A stretch of DNA of 64,000 nucleotides from Acidobacteriota bacterium (GTDB lineage Bacteria > Acidobacteriota > Vicinamibacteria > Vicinamibacterales > SCN-69-37), in NCBI GenBank assembly GCA_039933635.1, contig JBDTNQ010000007.1, positions 11,244-75,243 on the forward strand, read 5' to 3'. This document shows, in pieces, positions 19,298 through 27,867 of the stretch. Position numbers and translations under genes: made by a program. Each line of letters opens with the position of its first letter. Position 1 is the first letter of the stretch. The notes below the pieces were generated by a model that was given only the letters and a program-made list of their open reading frames with translations, had not been told where the DNA came from and made no database searches.

Positions 19298-20163
19298 CGT
19301 CGTAGTTGCGGCACATTCTGCTTCAGGAACGCCACGCCATCGAATGCGATCGCGTCGGGCGTCACTTCGATGTCCCGCCAGATGGCCGCCGCGGCACTGA
19401 GATCACCGAGCGCAAAACCGAAACTCTCGATCGTCAGCCACCCGTCGTAGCCGAGCGTCTCGATGGCGCGAAAGACGCCGGGCCAATCGACGTGCCCGCT
19501 GCCGGGCGTGCCGCGATCGTTCTCCGACGTGTGGATGTATTTCACGTGACGTCCGCCCCGCACGAGCGCGCCGGCGACGTCCTTCGCTTCGATATTCGCG
19601 TGAAATGTATCGAAGAGCAAGCCGACCCTCGGGTGGTCGACGGCCTCGCACAACGCCACGCCATCGTCGATCGTGTTCAGGAAATAGGTCTCGAAGCGAT
19701 TCAGCGGCTCGATCGCCAGCGTGACGCCATCGGCCTCGAGCGTCGGCGCCAATGTCTGATAGGCCTCGACCGCCCGCTTCCACTCGTCCGCCGTGCGCCG
19801 CCGTCCGGGCAGCTCGCCGACCGGTGTGTAGAGCGGGCCAGCGACGACGTCAGCGCCGAGGTCGGCGACCACGTGGATGATGTCGCGGACGTTGTTGATG
19901 GACTGCTGGCGGATGGCGGCATCCTCAGTCACCAGGCTGAATCCGGGCAGGAGCACGGCGGATGCGGCGCATGTCAGGCCATGCTCGGCGAGTGCCTCGC
20001 GAATGTAGCGGGTCTCGAAACCGGCCGGCCTGAACACCGGGAGTTCGATGCCGTCGAAGCCGTGCTGGGCCAGCTTCGCCAGCACCGGCAGTTGTGCGCG
20101 CGTAAACTCCGCGCCCCAGATGTACGTCGTCACGCCACATTTCACGAAAGTCTCCAGAATCAT
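19294..20163 (-). CDS. Sugar phosphate isomerase/epimerase (D-psicose/tagatose 3-epimerase family)
   Basis: EPLNRFETY, DTFHANIE, H.SENDRG.PGSG and TIESF motifs. Confidence 0.9.
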   Translation of the reverse strand: MILETFVKCGVTTYIWGAEFTRAQLPVLAKLAQHGFDGIELPVFRPAGFETRYIREALAEHGLTCAASAVLLPGFSLVTEDAAIRQQSINNVRDIIHVVADLGADVVAGPLYTPVGELPGRRRTADEWKRAVEAYQTLAPTLEADGVTLAIEPLNRFETYFLNTIDDGVALCEAVDHPRVGLLFDTFHANIEAKDVAGALVRGGRHVKYIHTSENDRGTPGSGHVDWPGVFRAIETLGYDGWLTIESFGFALGDLSAAAAIWRDIEVTPDAIAFDGVAFLKQNVPQLRR

Positions 20164-20219
20164 TTTATTCCGCGCGCCAATCGGGAGATACTCTCGGCAT
20201 TCGGTCCGAGGGAGGTCTC

Positions 20220-21332
20220 ATGGAACGCCGGGCATTTCTGGCCACGACCACGGCTGCGCTCGCGATGCCGGCGTGGCGCGCCATTACGTCGGCCGCCGCG
20301 ACGGAACGCCATCTCATCTACGCGGCCACGCCCGGCATTCGAAACTACCTGTCGTACGGTGGCATCGGTGTCCTGGTGTTCGACGCGAGCGACGGCTACA
20401 AGCTGGTGAAGCGCATTCCGACCTGGCCGGAGCCGGCCAACGGGCAGGAAGCGGAGAACGTCAAGGGCATTGCCGCCAGCGCGAAGACGGGCCGCTTGTA
20501 CGTGAGCACGACGAAGCGCATCGGCTGCATCGACCTCGCGACTGAGAAGATGGTCTGGGATCAGACGTACGAAGGCGGCTGCGATCGGATCGCGCTCTCG
20601 CCCGATGGACGAACGATCTGGGCCCCCTCGTTCGAGGGTCCGCACTGGACGGTGATCGACGCGATCTCCGGCAAGGCGACCGCGAAGGTCGTGCTCAACT
20701 CAAGTGCGCACAACACGATCTATTCTCCGACCGGCGCCCGCGTCTACATGGCGGGCCTGCGATCGCCGCTTCTGGCGGTGGCGGACACGCGCACGAACAA
20801 GGTGGTCAACAACGTCGGACCGTTCGGCAATTCCATCCGCCCCTTCACCATCAACGGCTCCGAGACGCTCTGCTTCGTGAACGTCAACGAGCTGCTGGGA
20901 TTCGAGGTCGGCGATCTCAAGACCGGCAAGAAGCTGCACAGGGTGGTCATCGAGGGCTACGAGCAGGGCCCGGTCGACCGCCACGGTTGCCCGAGTCACG
21001 GCGTGGCGCTGACGCCCGACGAACGCGAGCTGTGGGTGGCCGACGGTCACAACAAGATGATTCACGTGTTCGACAACACCGTGATGCCGCCAAAGCAGAT
21101 GACGAGCCTGCCCGTGCGCGATCAGCCGGGCTGGATCACCTTCAGCATCGATGGCCGCTTCGCCTATCCGTCGACCGGCGAAGTGTTCGACGTGAAGACG
21201 CACAAGGTGATCGCGACGTTCACCGACGAGGTCGGCCGCCGCGTCGGATCCGAGAAGCTGGTGGAGATCGTGACCGACGCCGGCAGGCCCGTGCGCGCCG
21301 GCGACCAGTTCGGGATTGGCGCGAGGAAGTAG
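20220..21332 (+). CDS. Tat-exported YncE-like beta-propeller protein
   Basis: MERRAFL twin-arginine signal; propeller repeats (SPDG, HGVALTPD); GGAGG RBS. Confidence 0.8.
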   Translation: MERRAFLATTTAALAMPAWRAITSAAATERHLIYAATPGIRNYLSYGGIGVLVFDASDGYKLVKRIPTWPEPANGQEAENVKGIAASAKTGRLYVSTTKRIGCIDLATEKMVWDQTYEGGCDRIALSPDGRTIWAPSFEGPHWTVIDAISGKATAKVVLNSSAHNTIYSPTGARVYMAGLRSPLLAVADTRTNKVVNNVGPFGNSIRPFTINGSETLCFVNVNELLGFEVGDLKTGKKLHRVVIEGYEQGPVDRHGCPSHGVALTPDERELWVADGHNKMIHVFDNTVMPPKQMTSLPVRDQPGWITFSIDGRFAYPSTGEVFDVKTHKVIATFTDEVGRRVGSEKLVEIVTDAGRPVRAGDQFGIGARK

Positions 21333-21348
21333 GACGCGCCGTTCCGTC

Positions 21349-21420
21349 GGTCCCCGGACCTTGACCTCCGTGGGTCCCTGGACCTTGACCTCTGTGGAAC
21401 CCTGGACCTTCAGGTCCGGG
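21349..21420. repeat. 3 x 24-bp tandem repeat ending in a REP-like hairpin
   Basis: ggtccccggaccttgacctccgtg / ggtccctggaccttgacctctgtg / gaaccctggaccttcaggtccggg. Confidence 0.85.
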
Positions 21421-21451
21421 GCCGCGGCGCAGTGATACGATGAGCGTTCAG

Positions 21452-21529
<78 letters not shown>

Positions 21530-21764
21530 TCGCTCACCTCTCGGTTCGCTCGGCACGAATCCAGTGCCCCATCAGTCCTTCTCAAGCGGGGCAATGTTTG
21601 TGCGCCCGAGCCAGACCTGACTGGTCACGGGCTAGTAGCGGTCCCACATGGGTACCGCTACCATTGCAGCTCCGCTTCTGAACCTCTTCGGCACGTCGGC
21701 AACTTTACCGACCACAAGAGACGGCACCACCCGCGCGCAACCTGTCGACCTTAAGAAGGACAAC

Positions 21765-21917
21765 ATGCCATCCACTACGACCGCACCGAATCGAGAGTCG
21801 AAGAAGAAACTCGCAGCCAAGCCGAAAACCGAGGGCCAGTCGTGGAAGACGCGCAACCTCGCCCGCAAGGAGAAACAGGACGCGCACGCGGCAAAGCTCG
21901 CGCCCAAAGTGGACTAA
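21765..21917 (+). CDS. Small basic Lys-rich protein (50 aa)
   Basis: AAGGA RBS then ATG; MPSTTTAPNRESKKKLAAKPK…; high GC3; followed by a hairpin. Confidence 0.6.
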   Translation: MPSTTTAPNRESKKKLAAKPKTEGQSWKTRNLARKEKQDAHAAKLAPKVD

Positions 21918-21933
21918 TCGGGATTAGAACCGG

Positions 21934-21972
21934 GGCCGGCGACACGACGCGAACACGTGTCCCGGCCGTCTT
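21934..21972 (+). terminator. Imperfect GC hairpin between convergent genes
   Basis: ggccggcgacacg…cgtgtcccggcc followed by gtctt. Confidence 0.4.
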
Positions 21973-22074
21973 GGCCGAACCTGGTCTCGGTGTCACTCCG
22001 TCCGGTCGACAACGATGACCCGAACGGATGCGGCGCCGCCGGCTTTGGCGTCGCCTCCCGTTGACGCAGCCGCG

Positions 22075-24219
22075 CTAACCGCTGTCTCGCACGTTGCGAT
22101 AACCGGCAATCGAAAGCAGCCGGCGGATGATGCGCAGGGACATCGGTCCGAACGGATCGTCCGTCGTGATGTACGTCCAGGTGGCGCTGCGCTCGCGCGG
22201 CACGAGCGCCTCAGCCGCTTCAGGATCGGCGAGCCGCTGCGCAACCTCCGCCACGATGGCTCTCTCGAGTTCGCCGAACATCGCATGCACCTGTTTGAGG
22301 TAGTACCCATGCGGATCGGCGTAACTTTGCGCCACCCACATCGCGCCTGAACGGAGTTCAGCGACCGCCGCAAGGTAGTCCGCCCACAGCTCGTCAATCA
22401 CGTGCAGCGTGATCCGGCGTTCGGTTTCCGTTGTCAGGCCGTCACCGGCAAGCGCCGCCTGTCTCTTCAACGCGACCATCCGCCGCTGACTTTCGATCAC
22501 CGACTCGTACTTGCGCAGAAGCAGGCGGATATCGAGATTCTGCCCCTCCGAGATGCGCTGAATCTGATCCGGCTCGATACCGGCGTCGCCGCCGGCGTAC
22601 TTCACCATCAGCGCGTCTTCGCGCGACACGAAGAACTCGGAGCTGCCCGGATCGCCCTGGCGGCCCGCGCGTCCACGCAGCTGATGATCGATCCGGCGGC
22701 TCTCGTGCCGGCTGGCGCCGATCACGTGGAGGCCGCCGAGCGCCGCGACATCGGGTCCGAGCGCAATGTCGACGCCCCGCCCCGCCATGTTCGTGGAGAT
22801 GGTGACGGCGCCGCGAACGCCGGCAAGGGCGACGATGGCCGCCTCTTCCTCTTCGTGCCGGGCGTTCAACAATGCGTGAGGGACATCTTCGAGTGCGCGG
22901 CTTAGCCGTTCCGACGCTTCGATGCTCTCGGTCCCGACGAGCACCGGCTGGCCCGTCCCGTGAATGCACCGAATCTCATCGACGATCGCCTGTTCCTTCC
23001 CGGCCTTGGTCTCGAAGACACGATCCGGCCGATCGACACGAATGATCGGTCTGTTCGGTGGAATCACTTCTACGTCGAGTCCATAGATGTCCCGGAACTC
23101 CCTGGCCTGCGTCGCGGCCGTGCCCGTCATGCCGCACACGTCGTGGTAGAGGCTGACGAGGTTCTCGACCGTGATCGAGCCCAGCACGCGCCCCTGCGCT
23201 CGCGGCCGCACGCCTTCCTTGCATTCGATTGCCGTCTGCAGGCCTGCCGGCCATCGTCGGTCGCGGATGATGCGGCCCTTGAACTCGTCCACCGAGAGGA
23301 CGGCGCCCCTGTGCACGACGTAGTCGACGTCTTTCTGGAGCAGCGCGTGGGCGTGAAGCGCGTCCTGGACGGCGGTATGCATCGCCAGGTTCGCCGCGTC
23401 GAATAGGTTGAGACAGCCGGTCGTCCTCTCCACTCGTGCAACACCTGCCGGAGTCAGCAACACCAAGCGGCCCGCGGGTTCACAGGTGAAGTCCGAGCCT
23501 GGGCGCAAATGGCGGACGACGCCATCGGCGATGAAGGGCAGGTCGTCATGCTCGGCCGATCCGCCGGCGATGACCAGCGGTGTTCTCGCCTCGTCGATCA
23601 GGATCGAATCGGCCTCATCGATCACCGCAGCGGCGAGGCCCTGGTAGACCCGATGGACACGATGGACCCGATCGTCCACGTTCGGGGCGAGGCCGTCGCG
23701 CAGGTAGTCGAAGCCGATCTCGTTCGCCGTCGCGTACGTGATGTCCGCACAGTAGGCGGCCCGTCGTTCGTCGGGTGTCATCGCTTGCTGGACAGCCGCC
23801 ACTGACAGGCCGAGGCGTTCATAGATACCGCCCATCCACGCGGCATCACGCCGCGCGAGATAGTCGTTGACGGTCATCACGTGCACCCCGTGGCCCCTAC
23901 GGGCGTTCCAGACAATCGCGGGGACAGCCGCCAAGGTCTTGCCGTCGCCCGTCGGCATTTCGACGATCCGGCCACGGGCCAGCGCGAGCGCGGCCTCGAT
24001 CTGGCCGTCGTGCATCTCGAGGCCCAGCACGCGCCAGGCGACGACGGCTGTGATTGCGGCGACGTCCCCCGGGGTGGTCGCGCGTCGATGCGCGGCTGCG
24101 AGCGCGTCGTCGTCGAGCGATCGGTAGCGAGCCCTCAGGCGGTTGACTTCGTCGAGACCTTCCGTCGATGTTCGTACGTCGCTGCCGAGTCGAACGAGCG
24201 AACGCCATACTTGGCGCAT
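22075..24219 (-). CDS. secA2: Compact accessory SecA (SecA2-like) translocase ATPase, 714 aa
   Basis: EMPTGDGKT Walker A, VNDYLARRDA, IDEADSILIDEARTPL, TNMAGRG, HESRRIDHQLRGRAGRQGDPG; AGGAGG before ATG 24219; short C-terminus. Confidence 0.88.
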   Translation of the reverse strand: MRQVWRSLVRLGSDVRTSTEGLDEVNRLRARYRSLDDDALAAAHRRATTPGDVAAITAVVAWRVLGLEMHDGQIEAALALARGRIVEMPTGDGKTLAAVPAIVWNARRGHGVHVMTVNDYLARRDAAWMGGIYERLGLSVAAVQQAMTPDERRAAYCADITYATANEIGFDYLRDGLAPNVDDRVHRVHRVYQGLAAAVIDEADSILIDEARTPLVIAGGSAEHDDLPFIADGVVRHLRPGSDFTCEPAGRLVLLTPAGVARVERTTGCLNLFDAANLAMHTAVQDALHAHALLQKDVDYVVHRGAVLSVDEFKGRIIRDRRWPAGLQTAIECKEGVRPRAQGRVLGSITVENLVSLYHDVCGMTGTAATQAREFRDIYGLDVEVIPPNRPIIRVDRPDRVFETKAGKEQAIVDEIRCIHGTGQPVLVGTESIEASERLSRALEDVPHALLNARHEEEEAAIVALAGVRGAVTISTNMAGRGVDIALGPDVAALGGLHVIGASRHESRRIDHQLRGRAGRQGDPGSSEFFVSREDALMVKYAGGDAGIEPDQIQRISEGQNLDIRLLLRKYESVIESQRRMVALKRQAALAGDGLTTETERRITLHVIDELWADYLAAVAELRSGAMWVAQSYADPHGYYLKQVHAMFGELERAIVAEVAQRLADPEAAEALVPRERSATWTYITTDDPFGPMSLRIIRRLLSIAGYRNVRDSG

Positions 24220-24278
24220 AGACGCCTCCTGACACACCACGAGCGTGAATGAAGAACTGCCCGGACGACCGGCAGCAA

Positions 24279-24566
24279 CTACTTCGCGGACGTGAGCGGC
24301 GGAGGCGGACGCTGATAGCGGGAGAGGGGAACAGCGATCGAGAGGATCGACGGCCAGTCACGCGAGACGGACTGGGCTGGCCGCTCGCTTCGAGGAGCCC
24401 TCGGCACGCGCGAGCGGCGGACCGTCACTGAGGCTCGGTCGTTCTTCGACCAGACGACAGCGGCGAATGGCCTGAGAGACTGAAGCGCACCCTGAGGCGC
24501 GGCCATCCCGCCCGAGAGGGCGATGAGGGTCACGAGCAGCGATGCGAGCCCGACCCGGCGGGTCAT
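24279..24566 (-). CDS. Upstream ORF (95 aa) with signal sequence and C-terminal YQRPPPP; candidate translation-arrest/monitoring peptide
   Basis: MTRRVGLASLLVTLIALSGG signal-like N-terminus; TATACT 8 nt before ATG; stop 59 nt before the secA2 start. Confidence 0.65.
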   Translation of the reverse strand: MTRRVGLASLLVTLIALSGGMAAPQGALQSLRPFAAVVWSKNDRASVTVRRSRVPRAPRSERPAQSVSRDWPSILSIAVPLSRYQRPPPPLTSAK

Positions 24567-24762
24567 GTCGGACGAGTATACAGGGCGTTTGAAACGCGAA
24601 GCGTCCGGGGATACGCCCTGCGCCACGGCCGCAGGCTGGGCCACCGGATCGTCCTTTCTCTGGGCCCCTCGCGATCAGGGGATTGTCACTGCCGCGCCTT
24701 GAAAGAGACGGGGACGCCCCGCCACAAACTCATTGCCACCCAGGAACCTCGAGCACGTCGCA

Positions 24763-25370
24763 CTTGACAATGTGTTCAAGGCCCTGTCCGATCCGACGCG
24801 CGTCGCGTGCTGCAGCTGCTTCGGGAGCGGCCGATGTCAGCGGGCGAACTGTCGGATCACTTCCCCGTCTCGAAGCCGACCATGTCCGCCCATTTCGCCG
24901 TGCTGCGGCGGCGGTCCTCGCAACTGGCTTTTCGTCGTTCGTCGGGGAATACCGCCTCGGTTCGGCGGTTCGCGTCGGTGAACGGCGGGGTGGTATTCGG
25001 CGGACTGATGATGATCATTCCGCTGGCGGTGACACTCGCGCACGCGTATGGCGTCGTGGATGATCCAGACAGCGGTCGACGGATGACCATGATCATCCTC
25101 GGTGCGTACTTGGTCGTGACCGGCAACGCCCTCCCCAAAACCTTTGCGACGGCGTCGTCGATGCAGTGCGACGGCGCCCGAGCACAGGCGTTTCAGCGGT
25201 TTGCCGGTTGGACGTGGGTGCTCTGCGGTCTCGGCTTTGCGACGGCATGGCTCGCACTCCCGACCGAGGCGGCGGAGCCTGTATCGACGGGCCTCGTGGC
25301 TGCCGCCGCGATCGGCACGATCGTGCGACTGCTACGCCTTCGCAGGCTGCAGCAGCCCGCTGGCGTCTGA
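24763..25370 (+). pseudogene. Decayed ArsR/SdpR-like regulator fused by deletion to an SdpI-like membrane protein
   Basis: VFKALSDPTR, a frameshift near 24800, then VLQLLRERPMSAGELSDHFPVSKPTMSAHFAVLR, running into TGNALPK…QRFAGWTWVL (SdpI-like). Confidence 0.7.
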
Positions 25371-25422
25371 ATCGACCGTCGCCGATTTGCGGGATTGCCC
25401 GCGCCGCCAGATCTCGGACTCC

Positions 25423-26427
25423 TCAAGGATTGCTTGCCCCCGGTCCACGTCCCGGTGCCTGGCCACGGCCAGCACCAGTTCCACGGCCGGCGGGCGGCGT
25501 TGCAATCGGCGGATCATCCGTCGGCGGCGGCGGAGCGGCGACGCCGCCCGGCGGTACGTCCAGACCGGCGATCCAGGTGATGGCGTTCAGCAGGAAGCGG
25601 CGATAGTCCGCGACATTGTGCATGTTGTCGTGGAAGTCCGATCCGCCCCAGACGAAGGAGCGGCCGCCGTCGGCTCGGTTGAAGGCCCAGGACACGGGAT
25701 CGGGACCACCATTGTTGGCATTCGCGGGCATGCCCTGTAGCAATTCGGTGCGCCTGGCATCGGTGTACAGGAAATAACGCGAGAACATCTCGTCCCGATA
25801 CGTCCAGGGCTGCACGCCGTTGAGGACCGGATGAGACACTTTCAACGGGGACACCGTCCAGGTGTCCACAGGATTGTGTGAGGAATACGGAATCCAGAGC
25901 CCGCCGAACCAGCTCGTCAGAAAACGCTTGCCGACCCAATTATCGACCCACATGGTGTAGTGGAAGATGGCCAGCCCGAGCTTCTTCTGCTTGATCAGCG
26001 CATCGAGCTTGTTCAGCCACTCGGTGTGCTCCGCGTCATACGTCCGCAAGTCCGTGTCCTGATCCTGCGGAAACAGAATTCCCGTCTCGGTCTTGAGCCA
26101 TGCGCCATTGCCGAAGATCACAAGCGCGTCTGCATCCTCGAGTTCACTGATGTCCCTCGGGGGTTTGGTCACGACCTTCACCACCGCCCTGAGGCCGCGC
26201 AGGTTTGTGGCATGCTCCAGTTGCCAAGCCAACTCCGTCAGGTCTCGCTCATATTCATGCCGACCGGGCGCGCCATGCTCCTTCGGTCCAGCCCAGAACA
26301 CGATCTTCTTCGGCCGAGCTGCGTCCTGCGCGCGGACGCCTCGCAATCCCGCCATCGAACCCGCCACGCCAAGAAGGATCATCGGCGCCAGTGCGCCGCG
26401 AGCCACCATCTTCCAGAAACTGTTCAT
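25423..26427 (-). CDS. ThuA-like (class I glutamine amidotransferase-like fold) secreted protein
   Basis: KKIVFWAGPKEHG.PGRHEYE, HPVLNGV, DE.F, GGRSF and LLNAITW; start 26427 with GGAG (alternative GTG at 26523). Confidence 0.8.
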   Translation of the reverse strand: MNSFWKMVARGALAPMILLGVAGSMAGLRGVRAQDAARPKKIVFWAGPKEHGAPGRHEYERDLTELAWQLEHATNLRGLRAVVKVVTKPPRDISELEDADALVIFGNGAWLKTETGILFPQDQDTDLRTYDAEHTEWLNKLDALIKQKKLGLAIFHYTMWVDNWVGKRFLTSWFGGLWIPYSSHNPVDTWTVSPLKVSHPVLNGVQPWTYRDEMFSRYFLYTDARRTELLQGMPANANNGGPDPVSWAFNRADGGRSFVWGGSDFHDNMHNVADYRRFLLNAITWIAGLDVPPGGVAAPPPPTDDPPIATPPAGRGTGAGRGQAPGRGPGASNP

Positions 26428-26519
26428 TGTGGGTCTCCCGGAGGTCGCCTTTGTCCAGAAGCGCATCGCGCTCATCCGCCGACACGTCGGCCCGTGGCCA
26501 AACGTCCTGCGCTCGTGCC

Positions 26520-27233
26520 TCACTCCATGAACAGCAGCTCACCAAATCGCGCCGGCACGTGCGGCCATGAGGTGGTGTTCTGCGGATCGGACCAGATGCT
26601 CATGCGGCGATTCGGCTCGACGCCGTCCCACCGATTGAAGTTCGCTCTCCACACCGCACCCGCAACCGGCGGGCGGCGGGACAGTTCCTCGAAGTTCGCC
26701 CAGGGGATCGCGACCTCGAGACTCCATCCGCTATCGGTGTCGGTGCGGACGTTCAGCGTGCCGCGAATCGACGTCGCGACCGTCACGCCGGTCGCATCAA
26801 ACCGCTTGAAGAGCGTCCGGCTGTTGTAGTTCAGGTAGTCGTAGAGCACGCCGCGCACGTTCATCTCAAACCCGTAGTACACCGTCTCTTGCTTCGGGTC
26901 CGGATTGATGAAGACCTCGACCGCGTCGTCACGATATGTCGGGTCGTCGCGCTGCAGGAACTGGGCCGTGATGTCGGCGTCGTCGGCGTCGTAGCCGATA
27001 TAGAGCGCCTGCGAGTCCCAGAGCACGCGGCCCAGCGTTCGCTGCTTGGCACCGGTCTGCGAGTCCCAGAGAAACTGCAGCGTCAGCGGCGGTGACGCCT
27101 GTGCCCATGCCGCATCGTCGAGCTTGCCGTCGATGGTGACTGCCGATGCCGCCCGCTTGACCTCGTACCGAGGAATCGCCGACTGCGGCACGAGCGGCAC
27201 TGCTGCCAGCAGCACGGCGATGAGCATTCGCAT
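26520..27233 (-). CDS. Carbohydrate-binding family 9-like (CBM9/DOMON) secreted protein
   Basis: IDGKLDDAAW, DAVEVFI, WSLEVAIPW, WRANFNR and HVPARFG. Confidence 0.85.
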   Translation of the reverse strand: MRMLIAVLLAAVPLVPQSAIPRYEVKRAASAVTIDGKLDDAAWAQASPPLTLQFLWDSQTGAKQRTLGRVLWDSQALYIGYDADDADITAQFLQRDDPTYRDDAVEVFINPDPKQETVYYGFEMNVRGVLYDYLNYNSRTLFKRFDATGVTVATSIRGTLNVRTDTDSGWSLEVAIPWANFEELSRRPPVAGAVWRANFNRWDGVEPNRRMSIWSDPQNTTSWPHVPARFGELLFME

Positions 27234-27311
27234 GGGGAGAGCATAGTGCAGCGCGCGGGCTGAGGCGATAGGCCACACCCGGCCCGCAGGCCGTCACATT
27301 TCCGCTCGCTG

Positions 27312-27835
27312 ATGACCGACATCGTGTCCTATCCGTTCACCGGCACCGTGATCGACGTCGGCGGCGGCTCGGGCAACATGATCGCCAGCGTGCTGAAGCG
27401 CCACCCGGCCGTGCGCGGCGTCGTCTTCGATCTGCCGCATGTTGTTGCCGAAGCGGCGGCGCGGCTGAAGGCCGAGGGCCTTGAGGGGCGCGGCAGCGTC
27501 GCGGCAGGAGCTTCTTCGAGAGCGTGCCGGCCGGCGGTGACGCCTACATCCTGTCCCACATCGTCCACGACTGGGATGAGGCGAAGTGCCTGCAGATCCT
27601 CGGGCACGTCAGGGCGGCGAAGAGGCCGGACGCGAAGGTGCTGATCGTCGAGATGGTGGTGCCGCCGCCGAACGTCATGCACCCGGGGAAGGTGCTCGAC
27701 ATCACGATGCTTACGATCGCCGGCGGCCGGGAGCGCACGGAGGACGAGTACGGCGCGCTGCTCGCCAAGGCGGGGCTACGGCTCACGCGGGTGATTCCGA
27801 CCATGAGCCCGGCCAGCATCGTCGAGGCCGAGTAG
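27312..27835 (+). pseudogene. Truncated, frameshifted SAM-dependent O-methyltransferase
   Basis: IDVGGGSG motif I, then a 1-nt shift near 27508 into FFESVP..DAYILSHIVHDW and GGRERT; the N-terminal dimerisation domain is absent. Confidence 0.8.
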
Positions 27836-27867
27836 GCTGCGCGCAACACGCTGACAAGCGGCCCTGG

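Noticed and set aside
21349-21420. Possible CRISPR array
   Set aside because: Contiguous 24-bp units with no unique spacers and no cas genes.
23650-23680. VHRVHRVY micro-duplication in secA2
   Set aside because: A short in-frame imperfect tandem in a loop; no functional inference is possible.
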